A DNA stretch of 64,000 nucleotides from Eledone cirrhosa (GCA_964016885.1 OZ024740.1:184636001-184700000), one strand, 5' to 3'. Shown: positions 37,876-52,370, counted from the first letter of the stretch. The notes: generated by a model not told the origin, from the letters alone. Numbers and translations: made by a program.

Positions 37876-38246
37876 TTGGCAGTATCAGTAGAGGGTCGGA
37901 CGCCATGCTTTCCAGCATAGTTATGTCCCTTTATGATCTGAGTTCAAATCCCATCGAGGTTAACTTTGCCTTTCATACTTACGGGGTTGATAAAATAAAG
38001 TGCCAGTAATGCTCTGGGATAATTGCTGGCCTTGTGCCAAAAGTAGAAACAATTATTAAAAGGGTCGTGGATTGGCAGTATCGGTAGAGGGTCGGATGCC
38101 ATGCTTTGCAGCATAGAGTTACAGCCCTTTGCGATCTGAGTTCAAATCCCAGCGAGGTTAACTTTGCCTTACGGGATCGATAAAATGAAGTACCAGTAAT
38201 ACACTGGGATAATTGCTGGCTTCGTGCCAAAAGCAGAAACAATTAT
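37876..38246 (+). mobile_element. Tandem pair of family-1 SINEs
   Basis: Copies at 37876-38057 and 38062-38246. Confidence 0.88.
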
Positions 38247-38274
38247 ATTTGTTAGTGTTTTCGTTCTATAACCA

Positions 38275-38830
38275 TCTAAACTATAATAAAGCAAGGAGTG
38301 CGGGACTGCGTACGGTTTGTTTTTTTAATCCAGTTAGTAAAATAAGTTTGATTACTTTGAATAAATAATGAATGAACATTACATAATTTATGTGCTAAAT
38401 TTCGTAAACAAATAATTTCGTAAAAATAAATAATCTAAAATTGACTTCTTTTCAAAGTTGCACTTCGGGTATATCGTCGCCACCATCACCAACACCACTT
38501 CAACTACCATATATATAGAAAGAGAGAGTGTGTGATGAGAGAGATAGAGAGATTATGATTTTCTATACACTGACGCGTATGAGTGTGCACATACATACAT
38601 CTATATGTATGAGTATATAATTATAATGGCGCAAACACAAACTTATAAAAATACACACTCACAGACATAATTCACACAAATACACATACTTTCACACATA
38701 TACATTTACACAAACACACACATACAGTCATGATAGCGTTCGGTTTAATTGGAAATGGGAGGGTTAAACAAGTATAACGTTTTATGTATTTATTAACTCT
38801 TTTTTTTAAAAACTAATTTAATATAACTAG
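38275..38830 (+). mobile_element. Non-autonomous Helitron-like element A
   Basis: a|TCtaaactataataaag 5' end; inverted homologue of 39770-40346. Confidence 0.7.
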
Positions 38831-39310
38831 CAGAAAAACCACCTTTGCGGGTGGTTTTCTGCTACCATGTGTAGTGTGTATATTGATATTATACGCAAGT
38901 ATATATGCATGTAGATATGATACATCAAATAAAACCGTAATTGACAATATACACAGGAATTACACGAAGACTGTGTTACACTGACATATGTAATCAGTAA
39001 CGTAATCCATGATACATTAATAAAAGACAATATTATATATAAACTGCATTAGGAGAAAATTAGTGACAGAAATATATGAATATTTATTTAAACGATCGCT
39101 AACCGGAAGTGTTGACATTTGAACATTTTAAAGAAGTGAATCTTTAAATAAGTAATAAAATATATTTAATGAACAGCCACGAAATTTAGTAGATAAATTA
39201 TGTAATATTAATTCATTATTTATTCAAAGTAATCCAACTTATTTTACTAAGGGGATAAAAAATTATAAACCGTACGCAGTCCCGTGCTTCTTACTTTATT
39301 ATAGTTTAGA
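38827..39310 (-). mobile_element. Complete non-autonomous Helitron B
   Basis: a|TCtaaactataataaag ... subterminal hairpin aaaaccacc-cgcaaa-ggtggtttt ... CTAG|t. Confidence 0.85.
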
Positions 39311-39611
39311 TTAAGCACTGTTGTACGCCCATTGATTAGATATATATAAATGTAATAGGATATAAATTATGTCTGATGCAGACACACACACATATATATT
39401 TATTTATATATATATATACACACACATACATACCACACCACACACAAATCGCTTCCGAAGTTAGTGAAGCTATTATTAATCCTCCCCGGGTGAAGTAACT
39501 TGCAAATTCTTTGTAATTCATGAAATGCAATAATACATCTAACGGACACGCACACACAAATATATCTATTCATACATAGACATATATATATATAGGCAAA
39601 GTCTGGGTGAA

Positions 39612-39773
39612 GTGCGCATGCGCGAAGGCTAGTCCGATGTGCGCATGCCCGAAGGCCATACCGAAGGGCGCATGCGCAAAGGCTGGTGCTGGTCCGTACT
39701 GCACATGTGCGAAGGCTTGTCCATACTGCACATGCGCGAAGGCTGGCCCGTACTGCGCATGCGCAAAGGCTAG
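39612..39773. repeat. ~27-bp minisatellite, six units each carrying a GCGCATGCGC-type palindrome
   Basis: tgcgcatgcgcgaaggct... repeated with variants. Confidence 0.9.
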
Positions 39774-40346
39774 GTATATTAAATGAATTTTAATAAAAAA
39801 GAGTTAATAAATAAATAAAGAGTTAATGAATCAATAAAACGTTATACTTGTGTTACCCTCCCATTTCCAATTCACCGAAGGCTATCATGACTGTATGTGT
39901 GTGTTTGTGTAAATGTATATGTGTGAATGTATGTATATTCGTGTGAATGTATGTGTATTTACGTGAATGTCCGTGAGCGTGTACTTTTATAAATTTGTGT
40001 TTGCGCGATTATAGTGATATACTCATAATAGTTATATATACATGTATGCATGTGCACACTCATATGCGTGAGCGTGTAGAAAATCATAATCTCTCTATCT
40101 CTCTCATCACACACTCTCTCTTTCTATATATATGGTAGTTGAAGTGGTGGCAACGAAATACCAGAAGTGTAGAAATGTGAATGAAACTTTGAAAATAAGT
40201 CAATTTTAAATGATTTATGCTTACGAAATTTAGGACATAAATTATGTAATATTCATTCATTATTTATTCAAAGTAATCCAACTTATTTTACTAACTGGAT
40301 TAAAATAAATAAACCCTACGCAGTCCTTACTTTATTATAGTTTAGA
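39770..40346 (-). mobile_element. Non-autonomous Helitron-like element C
   Basis: a|TCtaaactataataaag at 40346; collinear with element A. Confidence 0.7.
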
Positions 40347-40764
40347 TTTTATTGTATTACATTATACTATGTTATAGTATATTAGCTAATAATAGCTTTA
40401 TTATATAGAAACTACATATTATGTCAGCTGCAGCTTGATAACGCCTGTCTTCCCCACTTGTTGGCTGTGGTGTTTGGTTTGGGGTGCTTTCTCAGTGTTA
40501 TATGGACTGATTGGAGCATAAACAGTCTTATTTACGAATATAACAATTACATCATAGAAGATTCATGATAGTCCTTTAAAATATATGTATGTTGTTACAT
40601 TACTTTTTGTATATTTTGAGATAGCATTGTACATTTAAAGTATCAAATATATCATACATAATTTACCAAGTTTATAACACAATTCCATTGCATATTTCAT
40701 ATTATATATAATATAATAGATTATATTATTTGATATAATAGAATTTATTATAATATATTATATT

Positions 40765-41918
40765 ACAAGACTAAGGTCGTTGTAAGTAGATAAGAAAACA
40801 GAACCCAGATCCCCTGAGGGAAATGGCCTTGCTCAGTATCTAGGAAAGGTGTAGGTAGGAACTCCATTCTCTGCCCCAAATGCAAACAATGGGTACACAA
40901 GAGATGTAGCGGGATCTCAGGAAGCTTAATTAAGAATGTAGGCTTCACATGTAGCAGCTGTGCTAACAGCCAGCAGCAAACAGCCACAGGAAACAAGTAC
41001 CACCAATCTCTGGGAGGGCTCTGTAGAAACAGTAGACAGCTTCTGCTACCTAGGTGACCGAATTAGCAGCGGAGGTGGGTGTTCAAAAAGTACAATAACT
41101 AGAGTAAGAATGGGATGGAAGAAGTTCAGGGAACTACTGCCACTGCTCGCTGCAAAAGGCTTCTCCCTCAAAATGAAAGGCAGACTGTATGATGCGTGTA
41201 TCCGAACAGCAATGTTACATGGTAGCGAGACCTGGGCGCTGAAGGTCGAAGACTTACGTAGATTAGAAAGAAACGAAGCCTGTATGCTCCCATGGATGTG
41301 TAATAGTAATATATGCGAATGGCAAAACATAGATGAATTGAGAGAGAGGCTGAGCATCAGAGGAATCAAATGCTGTGTGCAGGAGAGGCGGATGCATTGG
41401 TATGGACATGTGATGCGTATGAAGGATGACAGCTGCATAAAAAGGTGCAGAGCGCTAGAAGTCAATGGAAGCCACGGAGTAGGGAGACCCAAGAAGACCT
41501 GGGATGAGGTGATAGGGGCTGACCTTACCCAGTTACACCTCTCAAAGGCGATGACACACGACCGTGACCTCTGGCTTCACGCAGTAATACAGAGTACCCG
41601 ACCTCCCATGGGTACAAACTGCAGCATATAGACAACATGCCCCCACACCCTCCCACTGCAAAGTGGTCATGGAGGTGCCACGGCAAAAAAGCACCCAGCC
41701 CACACTGTAAAGTGGACGTGTAGGCACCACGGAAAAAAGCACCCAGCACTCACTGTAAATGAGGTTGGTGTTAGGAAGGGCATCCAGCTGTAGAAACCCA
41801 TCCAAAATCAGTTCCTGTATGAGCAAGGCTTGGTCAGCCGACCAGACACTGCCCACAACAGGACAACCTGTCTAACCCATGCTAGCATGGAAGAACAGAC
41901 GTAAAACGGTGAAGATGA
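40765..41918 (+). mobile_element. RTE family C 3' fragment
   Basis: WPCS...GVG.NSI.C..C..WVHKRC insert; ORF 40960-41631 FCYLGD...MLHGSETW...WYGHVMR...GRPKKTW. Confidence 0.93.
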
Positions 41919-43829
41919 TATATTTTAATATAATATAATATCATTATATTATATTTTATAAAATCATATTAAACATTTTATAACATATTATTACATGGTG
42001 ATTATATTATATATATTTGATTGCTACAATGATCAAATCAAGTGATTATATGAAAGACCTCTAGCTGATTGCATCTTCATATTAATAATTTATATATTGC
42101 ATAGTTTTTTACTTACATTTTACCTCATTATAACAACTCTGAATCAGAAATCAGATTTGTATATTTAAACAATAATATCCTTATTTTACAAGCATATATC
42201 TATAAAGTTCAAATTCTAAAACAGATCAAAATCATGAGACAAAAGAAAAAAAACATATTTTATTCTAGATATATTATGTTGAAATATGGCAGTAATGGTA
42301 CCACTATAAAGTATGCTCAGATCTCAACCCACCCTGGAATGTGGAATCACTTGATTCACAATAACATGCATGCAGCCCACTCTGTTAATTGGTACCATGA
42401 TAAAATGCACACATAAATGTTAATTGGTTGGAGTTAGGAAGAGCATAATGTCATAGACATCATGTCAAAATAGAACATATGTACAAGTCAAAGTCATGAC
42501 AACTTTTCCAGCCCATGCAATCATAGAAAATAGATGTAAAGCTGTGATGATGATATGATGGTCTTCATCAACATCAACACCATTTTACAAACATTTCTCC
42601 ATACTACATGGCTTGGATGGGTCATCACAGTCTGAAGCCAGTTGCAGCTGTGAGCCATGATTTACTAATCTGCTCATATCTTCATTATTAGGCTATTTCT
42701 TGGACCACAATTTTTATTCAAACATATTTTCAAAAAATATTTAGAACAAATTTGTTTAAATCAATTAAAATATGAATTATCTACTTTTGTTTCTGTTAAG
42801 GTACATAACACTTAGCTGGTGGAAATGGGTTAATTCCCTTTAATAATACAATGAATCTCAAATGTAAGAAAAGGAAAATTAGAAGATAGAATAAAATTAG
42901 AATGAAATTAGAACAAATATAGATTTAGAAGAGATCAATAGATCAACAATAGGAGAAAGAGGAGTGAATATATATTAAAAGTGAGAAGTGAATGATGACA
43001 AACAAGAAAAACAAAGGAAATGAAAAATAAAGGAGACAAAAGGGGGAAGTAAAACATGTGCTCATGTCAGAGAGAAAGCTTCTAGCTATGGAATTAAAAG
43101 AATTTTTTTTTTTTAAAGATCTAAAACCTAGAAAAACGGAAGCAATGTGATCTTTGCACAGCAGAGAAACAATCTTCCAAACTTACATAACTATGACATC
43201 TATTTGAAAATCAGTTCAAAGATTTTCAGGAAATGTGAGCACTTTCAGAACATGGGTTATGTAATTGGGTCATGCCACTATTCTCAGACTAACTACATAC
43301 AAATGCATGCAATTTCCTTCCTCACTTTTACACATCCCTTCTATATTTCTTGTATTGATCTTTCTACATCTATATTTGTTGTAAATTCACTGCAAGTTTA
43401 ATCTATCTTCGATTTTGATTTTGGTTTCTATTATTAACATTCAAAACTCATTTGATAAAGAGGAGCAAAATAACGCAATTCTGTTCCCCAGGGATTTTGC
43501 ACTTTAACAGAAGTAAAAATCGTTTATGTATTCCTTTAAAATATACTTGAGTAAACAACATAGTCTTCTTCATGGTAAGAATCTGTAGTTTGAACTACTT
43601 CATCTCTCCCTCTCTCTTTCTCTTCTTTTATATATATATATATATATATACATATATTTAATACATTAACAGAGAAAGCTTTTAGCAATACTCTGACCAA
43701 CTCCATCTCACTTAACAAACATTAGGATATACCTAAGTACAATCCCAATTTAATGTCTGTGCTAACTATACTGTATTTCGTGGATAGTTGGTTGTATTAT
43801 TTTATATGAGACATAATTAAATAAATATC

Positions 43830-43863
<34 letters not shown>

Positions 43864-43998
43864 CGTTTTTTAGTTTGTTTTCCAAGATTTCTTATCTGAA
43901 AATGTGTGTTGAAACAGATATCGTTTTACTTTGGGATAAAATCACACAGACCAGTTGGTTTTCACTGCAATTTATCATAAGTTTCTGGTTCATTGGTT

Positions 43999-44407
43999 CG
44001 ATAACTGGAAGTTTGTTTATATATTGTCAACCATCTTTCGTCACACATTATGTGAACTCCTCACTGACTAGGATTTTATTTTGTGTCTTTCCTTTGTTTC
44101 ATCCTGCACCATCTTATTTTTGTGCATTGTGGAATTAAGACATACAGACACACACAAAACCAAACTAACAAAACAAATCAGACACACAGATAGAACAAAC
44201 CAACTAGTCACAAGTAAATAAACACATAAATAAATTAATAAAGACACACACACAGATGTAATGCATGCACAAACTAAGCACACAACACACAAACAAGAAC
44301 GTGTAGGACAGAACATAGGAGAGACAAAATATAAACCTAGTCAGTGAGGAGGTCACAGAATGTGTGACGAAAGAGCTTTGACTATATAAACAACCTTCCG
44401 GTTATCT
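43999..44407. repeat. Diverged ~95-bp inverted repeat in (TA)n-bounded PLE-like terminal sequence
   Basis: ctttcgtcacacattatgtgaactcctcactgactagg vs cctagtcagtgaggaggtcacagaatgtgtgacgaaag. Confidence 0.75.
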
Positions 44408-44618
44408 TGCAAAACAAATTCAAAAACGAATTATATATATATGTAACTGTTATAGAAACACGTGTCAATAAATTCCTTTCAACTAAACTGTATCCATTCA
44501 AATCTTTCTATTTTTCTCCGGATTACTTTTGGAACTACAACTGGAACCGTCGAGCAAACTCTACGTGAGCTGATAATCTACTGTGTGTAATATTTATATT
44601 ACAACACAACGGAAAATA

Positions 44619-44668
<50 letters not shown>

Positions 44669-45039
44669 TGCTAGCCATTTCTCTCTCCTTCACCTCTGCT
44701 GACACACTTGGGATGTTGGCATGGTGAGTGAGGGCTACTGCCCCTACCCATCCTCGTAAATAAAAGCCCCCTTCCCCCACACAACGCACACATGTCACCA
44801 TTATACTATACATATTACACCAGAAACATTCAGTAGGGTACAATGAACTTAGTGAAGCATTGTTGACTATTGCTGACACTGATAGGGAGGATGACTACAA
44901 ACATCTTTGACAAATAATACAATATGTAAGAACCTGTCATGCATATGACTCCCCTGAATATCTCAAATCCCCTGAGTATCTCCAATCAGTTGGGCAGCCC
45001 CTTACTCCCAAAACCCAGGAAAAGAAGACAGCCATGGCG

Positions 45040-46130
45040 AGACCACTGCAGGAGAAGTATTTAGCTAGAGAAAGCCTCTGTATCTAGCATTTCTGGATAT
45101 AGAGAAGGCCCTTGGTAGGGTCCTATTCTCTATAATCTGGTGGGCCCTCAGGAAGCTAGGTGTTGACGAATGGGTTTTGAGGGCCATGCAGACTATGTAT
45201 AACCTACAAAGTGAGAGTTGGCAATGAGTGCAGTGATGAATTTGAAGTTCAGGTGGGAGTCCACCATGGATCAGTCCTCTCCTATTTATCATTATACTTC
45301 AAGCCATCACTGAGTAATTTAAAACTAGCACTCTAGGGGAGCTCCTATACACTGGATCTAGTCCTCATAGCTAAATCTGTAGGAGAGTTAGAGGCAAAAT
45401 TTCAAGCATGGAAGAAAAACCTAGAGTTGAAAACCTAAAATTAAATTTAGCAAAGACAGAAGTCCTAGTAATTAGGAAAGATGACAGGATGGTTATACCA
45501 TCAGGGAAATGGCTTTGTTTGATATGTAGGAAATGGGTGGACAGAAATTCCATATGGTGCACTCACTGTAAACTAAGGATGCACAAGAGATGTAGTTGGA
45601 GTGCAGGTAGGCTAATGGGAAAGATTGACTTTACATGCTGCACATGTACCAAGGAAGTGAGCACAAAGAGCACACGTGAAATGCTTCCCTCGCAGAGTTA
45701 AGGGTAGATTATATGTTGCTTGTGTACAAACTGCAATGTTACATGGCAGTGAAACATGGGCCTTAACTGCAGGAGACCTGCAGAGGCTAAAAAAAAATGA
45801 GTCGAGTATGCTCCAATCAATGTGAATGTTAGTGTGCATGAGGAACATAGAATATGCAAACTGAGAGAAAAACTTGGCATAAGAGGAATTGAATGAAGTG
45901 TGCAGGAGGGAAGACAGCATTATTGTGGACATGTGATACACATGGAAGATAACAGCTGCATGAAGAAATGCAGAGAAACCAAAATTTTTGGGACTCGTGA
46001 AAGGTGTAGACCCACGAAGACATGGGATGAGGTTGCAAAGGCTGATCTTAACAAACTAAACCTCACAACAGAAATTACTAAATCTTTTGAAATGGTTGGT
46101 GATTGGAAGAGCATCCAACAGTAGAGGGCT
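45040..46130 (+). mobile_element. Older RTE family C-like fragment
   Basis: LQEKY, AFLD.EKA, NSIWC..C...HKRC, MLHGSETW. Confidence 0.8.
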
Positions 46131-47074
46131 TACCAAACAAAGGGTTGGGAGAACCCATCAGTCATGCCAATGTATGACAGCCTACCTAGTGTTTGGTGAT
46201 CTACACGATAAATGCACCCTGTACATGCTGTAAAGTGGTTGGTGATAGGAAAGGCATCCAGCCATAGAAAGCTTGCCAAACAAAGGTTTTTTTTTGGGGG
46301 GACCCCTCAATTATGTCAATTATATGACAACCTCTCCAGTGCAATAGAATGTAAGAAGATGAGATTGGTAGAATCATCAGGATACAACCTGGCAGCATGA
46401 TTATTCACCAATCTATTAATAATAGTGATACATTATTTATCAACCCTAAAAAGATAAAAAGCTAAGTTGACCACAGCAGAAGTTGAACTTCAGTTGCAAA
46501 GAGACTGAATAAATATTATAAGGTATTTTGTTTACCAATTCCTTGTCTTTGAATATGTTAACACATACTTATTGGAACATTACATTGTTACTGGTGTACC
46601 AACACTTTTCTTTCTTCCCCATCCATCCTCACATCTGAGGTTTGAGCTTCACGAACACATGGACCAGCACTCTCCATTGTTTCCTGTCTCTCGCCATTGC
46701 CATATATTCTGCCAAATGCCTTCCTTTCCATTCCTTAATATCATCTGTTCATCTCCTTTTCTGCCATCCCCTGGCCCTTTTCCCTTGTATTCATCCTTCA
46801 AGGATGTGGGTAGTCAATGGTAGTTTTAAATAAATAACTACTGAAAGTCATATCCATACACATCTAGTCTCACTATGAAATTAGGTTCCATAGGGCCTTT
46901 TAGCAGTTTAAGATGAATGATTTGATCTGACCAGTTCCGTTGGTACCTAAACATTTATCAGTGACAGCTTATGGTTTTTCTTATATCTAAACAACATTGC
47001 TTACTGCCAAACAATCAAATACTTTTCAGTATGGCAAAATAGATATAACAACTATTTCAATATATTTATATATA

Positions 47075-47150
47075 CAGGGTGTCACCAAAATATGTATATA
47101 TACATTTATTAGAACGCTGTTAAAGTGTGTATACATTTTTTGAGACATCC
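47075..47150. mobile_element. Tiny Tc1/mariner-type MITE
   Basis: ta|cagggtgtcaccaaaatatgtata ... tatacattttttgagacatcct. Confidence 0.5.
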
Positions 47151-47156
47151 TCTCTC

Positions 47157-47188
<32 letters not shown>

Positions 47189-47949
47189 CCATAGTTTCAA
47201 TATATATGTATGGTATATATATATATATACCATAGTTTCAATATATATGTGTATACACATATATACATATATATATACACACCATAGTTTTTTCTTAGCC
47301 TACATTGGCATAAATTTATTGTGATAACCAAAATGTGGCAATGTTCCAACAGCACAGCTCTGAGAAGAAAGATAAAAATACAAACAAAAAAATTAAAGTG
47401 TGTAAAGTATGTTAAACACAACTTTAATAAAAAAGATCTAGTAACATTTTGTTTACCAGAGCATGTATTTATCATAGTAACAGTTGGATATATTTCCTTT
47501 TACTTACAACTATATTTTAGTGAGAATCACAGAGAGGGTTGAGCTGAGGGTGAGGTGGCAGTAAAGAAAAGGGCAAACACAAAAATAAAACAACAGTACT
47601 GAGTCTGGTAAAAAGACATTCTCAAGAAGATAATATTTAAATGACTAAAGATTAAATTTGCTTTCAAGTAGAGATAATGATTCTCTACAGATTATAGAAT
47701 TTGCCATAACAAGTACATCTGATTTAACTAGAAGTAATTCCTTTTTTCCTGTTTTCTTTTAAAATCTCTTCATCTCCCAACTCTCTACTGTATACTATTT
47801 GCAATAACAAATTTCCCACCTGTACACAAACAAATGTTCACACACACACTGACATACATGCATATAGATGTTATAAATGTACATATAAAAGAAGTTTGCA
47901 CTTACAGACAATATACATAGATAGGTACTTAAATATACACAAACAAAAG

Positions 47950-47984
<35 letters not shown>

Positions 47985-48187
47985 GTGTGTGTACATACAT
48001 ATCATTATATACACATACATATCATTATATACACATGCATGTACAAATATACTAGCAGATATAGAATGATTTACACATATAGACTTGCATTCCCAGAAAG
48101 CACACACACGATATAAACAAACTCAAGTACATACATGCAAACAAAAAGAGATATTCACAGAACTAATGTATACCTACCTACCAATAT

Positions 48188-48285
48188 AAATTTGGTAGCT
48201 ATGTTAAAAGAAATTTAGTAGAGATGTTAACAGAAATTTGGTAGGTGCGTAAAAAGAAATCTGGTAGGTATGTTAAAAGAAATTC
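48188..48285. repeat. 23-bp tandem repeat, about 4 copies
   Basis: aaatttggtaggtatgttaaaag units. Confidence 0.85.
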
Positions 48286-48669
48286 TTTGTTCCATATTTG
48301 TTTTTTTTTCCTGTATCTACTTGAGAATATAGCTTAACAATTTACTGAATATATAAATATACTAAACACACCTCATACAGCTCTAGTGAACAAAATCAAA
48401 GTATTTGTCAAAAGAAAACTAGTGTGAACTTTGTAAGAATCTTCACAGTGGTTAAATAAATTAAATATACTTTCTTTAGAAGCTGAAGTTATTTTATATT
48501 CATATACATAATTGGAATGAAATGGAATAGATATCCAGCAGTTTCAATGAAGGGTGCTCCAATTTTTCAATTAACAGGACAGTCTACTAATGAAATTAAT
48601 GTGCAAGTGGCTTAGCATTCCACAGATATCAAGTTCTCTCAATTAAAAAAGTCTAAAGCTTGTCTTGAG

Positions 48670-48940
48670 TCTGGAGGCTCATCAGGCCAGTGTTTATCCT
48701 GTTTTCTGTGGTGTTAAGTGATTTGAGAGTACAAAACACCCCTTGAGATTGGATGCCAGCCTATCATAGCGTTAAACCTTCAGCTATTGTTGGTACACAT
48801 TTTCAGCTGAATATACTGGAGCAGCGTGATATGAAGTGTTTTGCTCAAGATCACAACACACATTCCAGACTAGGAATCTAACCCACAACCTTATGATTTT
48901 AAGTCCCAAACCCTTATCTCTAGGCCACACACTTCCACAA
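48670..48940 (-). mobile_element. tRNA/CORE-like SINE copy
   Basis: Matches 12770-13035 and 26960-27105. Confidence 0.7.
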
Positions 48941-49669
48941 CAAGTAAGGGACTAATCCATTAATATTTGGAGTAGTTATGGTTCAGATATGTGATGCTCA
49001 TGGATGCTGATAACTGGGTGAAAAGAATCAGGAAATCCCAGTGGAAGGAATCTATAGTAGAGGTAGATCAAGGAAGACCTAGGCAGATGTGGTGAAAGCT
49101 GATTTCAAATCATTAAAACTCAGAGAGGATGACAAAGGAACATGATGAGTAGAGAGTTTCCATGTTGAAAAAGACCTGTGCAACCCATGCAGTCCTGGAA
49201 AAATGGATGTAAAAGCGACAACAATTATGATGAGGAGGAGGAGGCTGAGAAGGAGTAGGAGGAACTGCTTTACTTTAGCTTCTTTAGTCACTTGTGTACA
49301 TCAAATCTATTTTCTAATGCAATACACAGTTAATGGCACTGTCCTTTATAATTATGAAATACCAAATGAATAAATAATAATCAGATGTATTGCCTCCACC
49401 CAATGCAACTTTCAGAATCAGCTGAGGTCCTGTAGTCAGGTGATTAATCTTGACCATCAGTAGGATTTGAATCCTGAGGCAGAATTTCAACTCAGAATGC
49501 AAAGTGTTGAAGCATATATTACAAATCTGACACTCTAAACATTTTGCTAATCTGTTGCCACATTATTTTATTGATTCTGAATGGATCAAAGTTAAAGTTT
49601 ACATCACTAGGATAATGTAGTCAGGACATAAGTGAGATGCTGCATGGTATTGAAACATGGACAATGACT

Positions 49670-49980
49670 ACAGAAGACATGTCCATACCAATGTAGTTTT
49701 CGCTTTTGCACACCATTTTGGATTCTTCTTAAACCCAGTTTCCCCCTCAGTTCACTCAAGCTCTGTCTTTCTCCCACATTTAGATTGCACATCCAACGAA
49801 GCATGGTAGCTTTATTTCTCTCCAACCTACACATGTCTTCTGCAGTCACTGCCCTTGTTTCACTACCATGCAGCATTGTATTTCATACATGGTCGTCATA
49901 CAGCCATCCTTTTGTACGTAGGGTGAAACCTTTTGTTGTCATCAGTGAGAGTAGCTTTCTAGACTTCTTCCATCCTAACC
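49670..49980 (-). mobile_element. RTE family C-like fragment
   Basis: MLHGSET.A.TAED..RLERN.A.MLRWMC. Confidence 0.8.
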
Positions 49981-50834
49981 ATATATATTCTATTAAACTT
50001 TCTAAATTTTTGAATAGCTGAGTTCAGCTTCAGAGTTCAACTTCAAAAATTTATTTGTTTTTCAATTGTCTCATATTTTTTTCTTTTTATCAGAACTACT
50101 GCTGTCTGAGAATCTATAATTAACATTGTACAAAGTCTTGTGACATTTCATAGTGAGATTCCGGTATCAAATGAAATAGATGAGCTGTTTTCAACGACAA
50201 AGTAATATTTTAAAAACATTTTTTAGCCATTCTAATGATTCCATGACAACGGAAATTTTATAATCATCAAGCAAAGGTCATCTATTTGTGTTGTCTTTTA
50301 TGAACATGTTGTCTTTCTTCGAAATATTTAAACAAATGCATTATGGCAATTAACCTGAAAGGATTTATTATAATGGGCATTCTTTTTCTTATGAGTAGCT
50401 GCAGGGATATATCACTGTTGGGATTTTAAAAAAGGAAAGAAATTAAATGATATCCACTATTGTATTAAAATATATAATACTTTTCAACGAAGAAATTAAC
50501 ATCTATGTATGCCTTTCAATCGATTTGTAAATCAGGAATGTGAAATTCTTAACAAATGCTTAAAGAATTTGTCTAAAATGTTGATATAATTTATTGAAAT
50601 TCTGTATTCACACACACACATTCACATAAACATTAATATATATATATATCAATTTTTCTCTCCACACAAAGTCGTCTTCCTTGCTGATTAACGTATGCAT
50701 ACACTCTAATTGTTTGGGTTTGAATTTTAATAATACAGACTTAATTAGATTATTGAGTGAGTGAGGAAACAACTGAAGCTGTGTCCATTCTATTCAATAA
50801 GCTTTGTTTATTAATTATATATATATATTATATA

Positions 50835-50878
<44 letters not shown>

Positions 50879-50992
50879 CGGCTCTGTAAAACATCTGATG
50901 TATTTACATTGAGCTATTTTTCTTACTGGTAATAAGGTGGTAATGAATTACTGACTTTTCCTGTTTATAATTATAGTCTATATATAAGTATA

Positions 50993-51158
50993 AATAATTG
51001 TTTCTACTTTAGGCACAAGGCCAGCAATTACCCAGTGCATTACTGGTACTTTATGTTATCGACCAAGTAAGGATGAAAGGTAAAGTCAACCACGGCGGGA
51101 TTTGAACTCAGAATGGCAAGGGCCGTAACTCTATGCATCAAAGCATGGCGTCCGACCA
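50993..51158 (-). mobile_element. Family-1 SINE (5'-truncated)
   Basis: Reverse complement of the family-1 body. Confidence 0.85.
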
Positions 51159-51900
51159 TCAGCATGACCAATTTACAGGGTGGACTGGATATTTTTTGTC
51201 ATCTCACCAACACAACCACTTTTCAGGGTGGACTGGGCTGTTTTTGTATTCATATCAACATGACCCACTTTACAGGGTAGACTAAATGCGTATTTGTCTT
51301 GTTGCCAACAGGACAACTTTACGGTGTTCTTTTATCATGTCACCAGCATATATATATATATATATATATATATCACTGTAAATGAGGTTGGTGTTAGGAA
51401 GGGCATCCAACTGTAGAAGTCAAGCCAAAATTAGTTCTGTATGTGCAAGTCATGGTCATCTGATCTAGCATAGCCAACAATAGAACAACCCAGCTAACCC
51501 ATGCTAGCGTGGAAAAATTGACATAAAACGATTATGATGATGATGATATATACATACTCACACACGCAAATATAGAATCTTCCATAACAAGCAATCAGAA
51601 CTATATACGTCAAGAGTATGTCATTAAGTTGCAGGATTGCATACAACAAGCAGCATGACAGTCTTCTTGTATACTCTCTCTTTTCACTCAATGAAAAACC
51701 ATAACGTGCTCACTGGTGTCCCAACACTTAGATAAATTACAATGTATTACTTTATATGTAAACAAATGTTATTTTAAAGAATAAATATTTATTGATCTGG
51801 CAAACTGATGCAACAGAAGGAATAACATATAACATAACGATATGTGTGTACCCATGCATATGTATGTGTGTATGAATGTGTGAATGAGCATTAGCATATA

Positions 51901-51937
<37 letters not shown>

Positions 51938-51957
51938 GTATATACAAATATATATAC

Positions 51958-51993
<36 letters not shown>

Positions 51994-52095
51994 GTGTATG
52001 TATATATAATACGCACACACATAAGTGTTTATATATGCATGCCTATATATATTTGCCTGTTTTCATCTTCAAATATTATTTCACTCTCATCTATC

Positions 52096-52172
52096 ATATT
52101 ATTTTCTATCAACAAGGTAAACCTAACCTTTCATATAGATTTACTAACAAAATAACGTGCTTTCAATGTGGC

Positions 52173-52250
<78 letters not shown>

Positions 52251-52367
52251 GTATATATATATATATGTATATATATGTATATATATACATGCCACATTGA
52301 AAGCACGTTATTTTGTTAGTAAATCTATATGAAAGGTTAGGTTTACCTTGTTGATAGAAAATAATAT
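52096..52367. repeat. Palindrome with perfect 80-bp arms around a (TA)n spacer
   Basis: 52096-52175 is the exact reverse complement of 52288-52367. Confidence 0.95.
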
Positions 52368-52370
52368 ATA

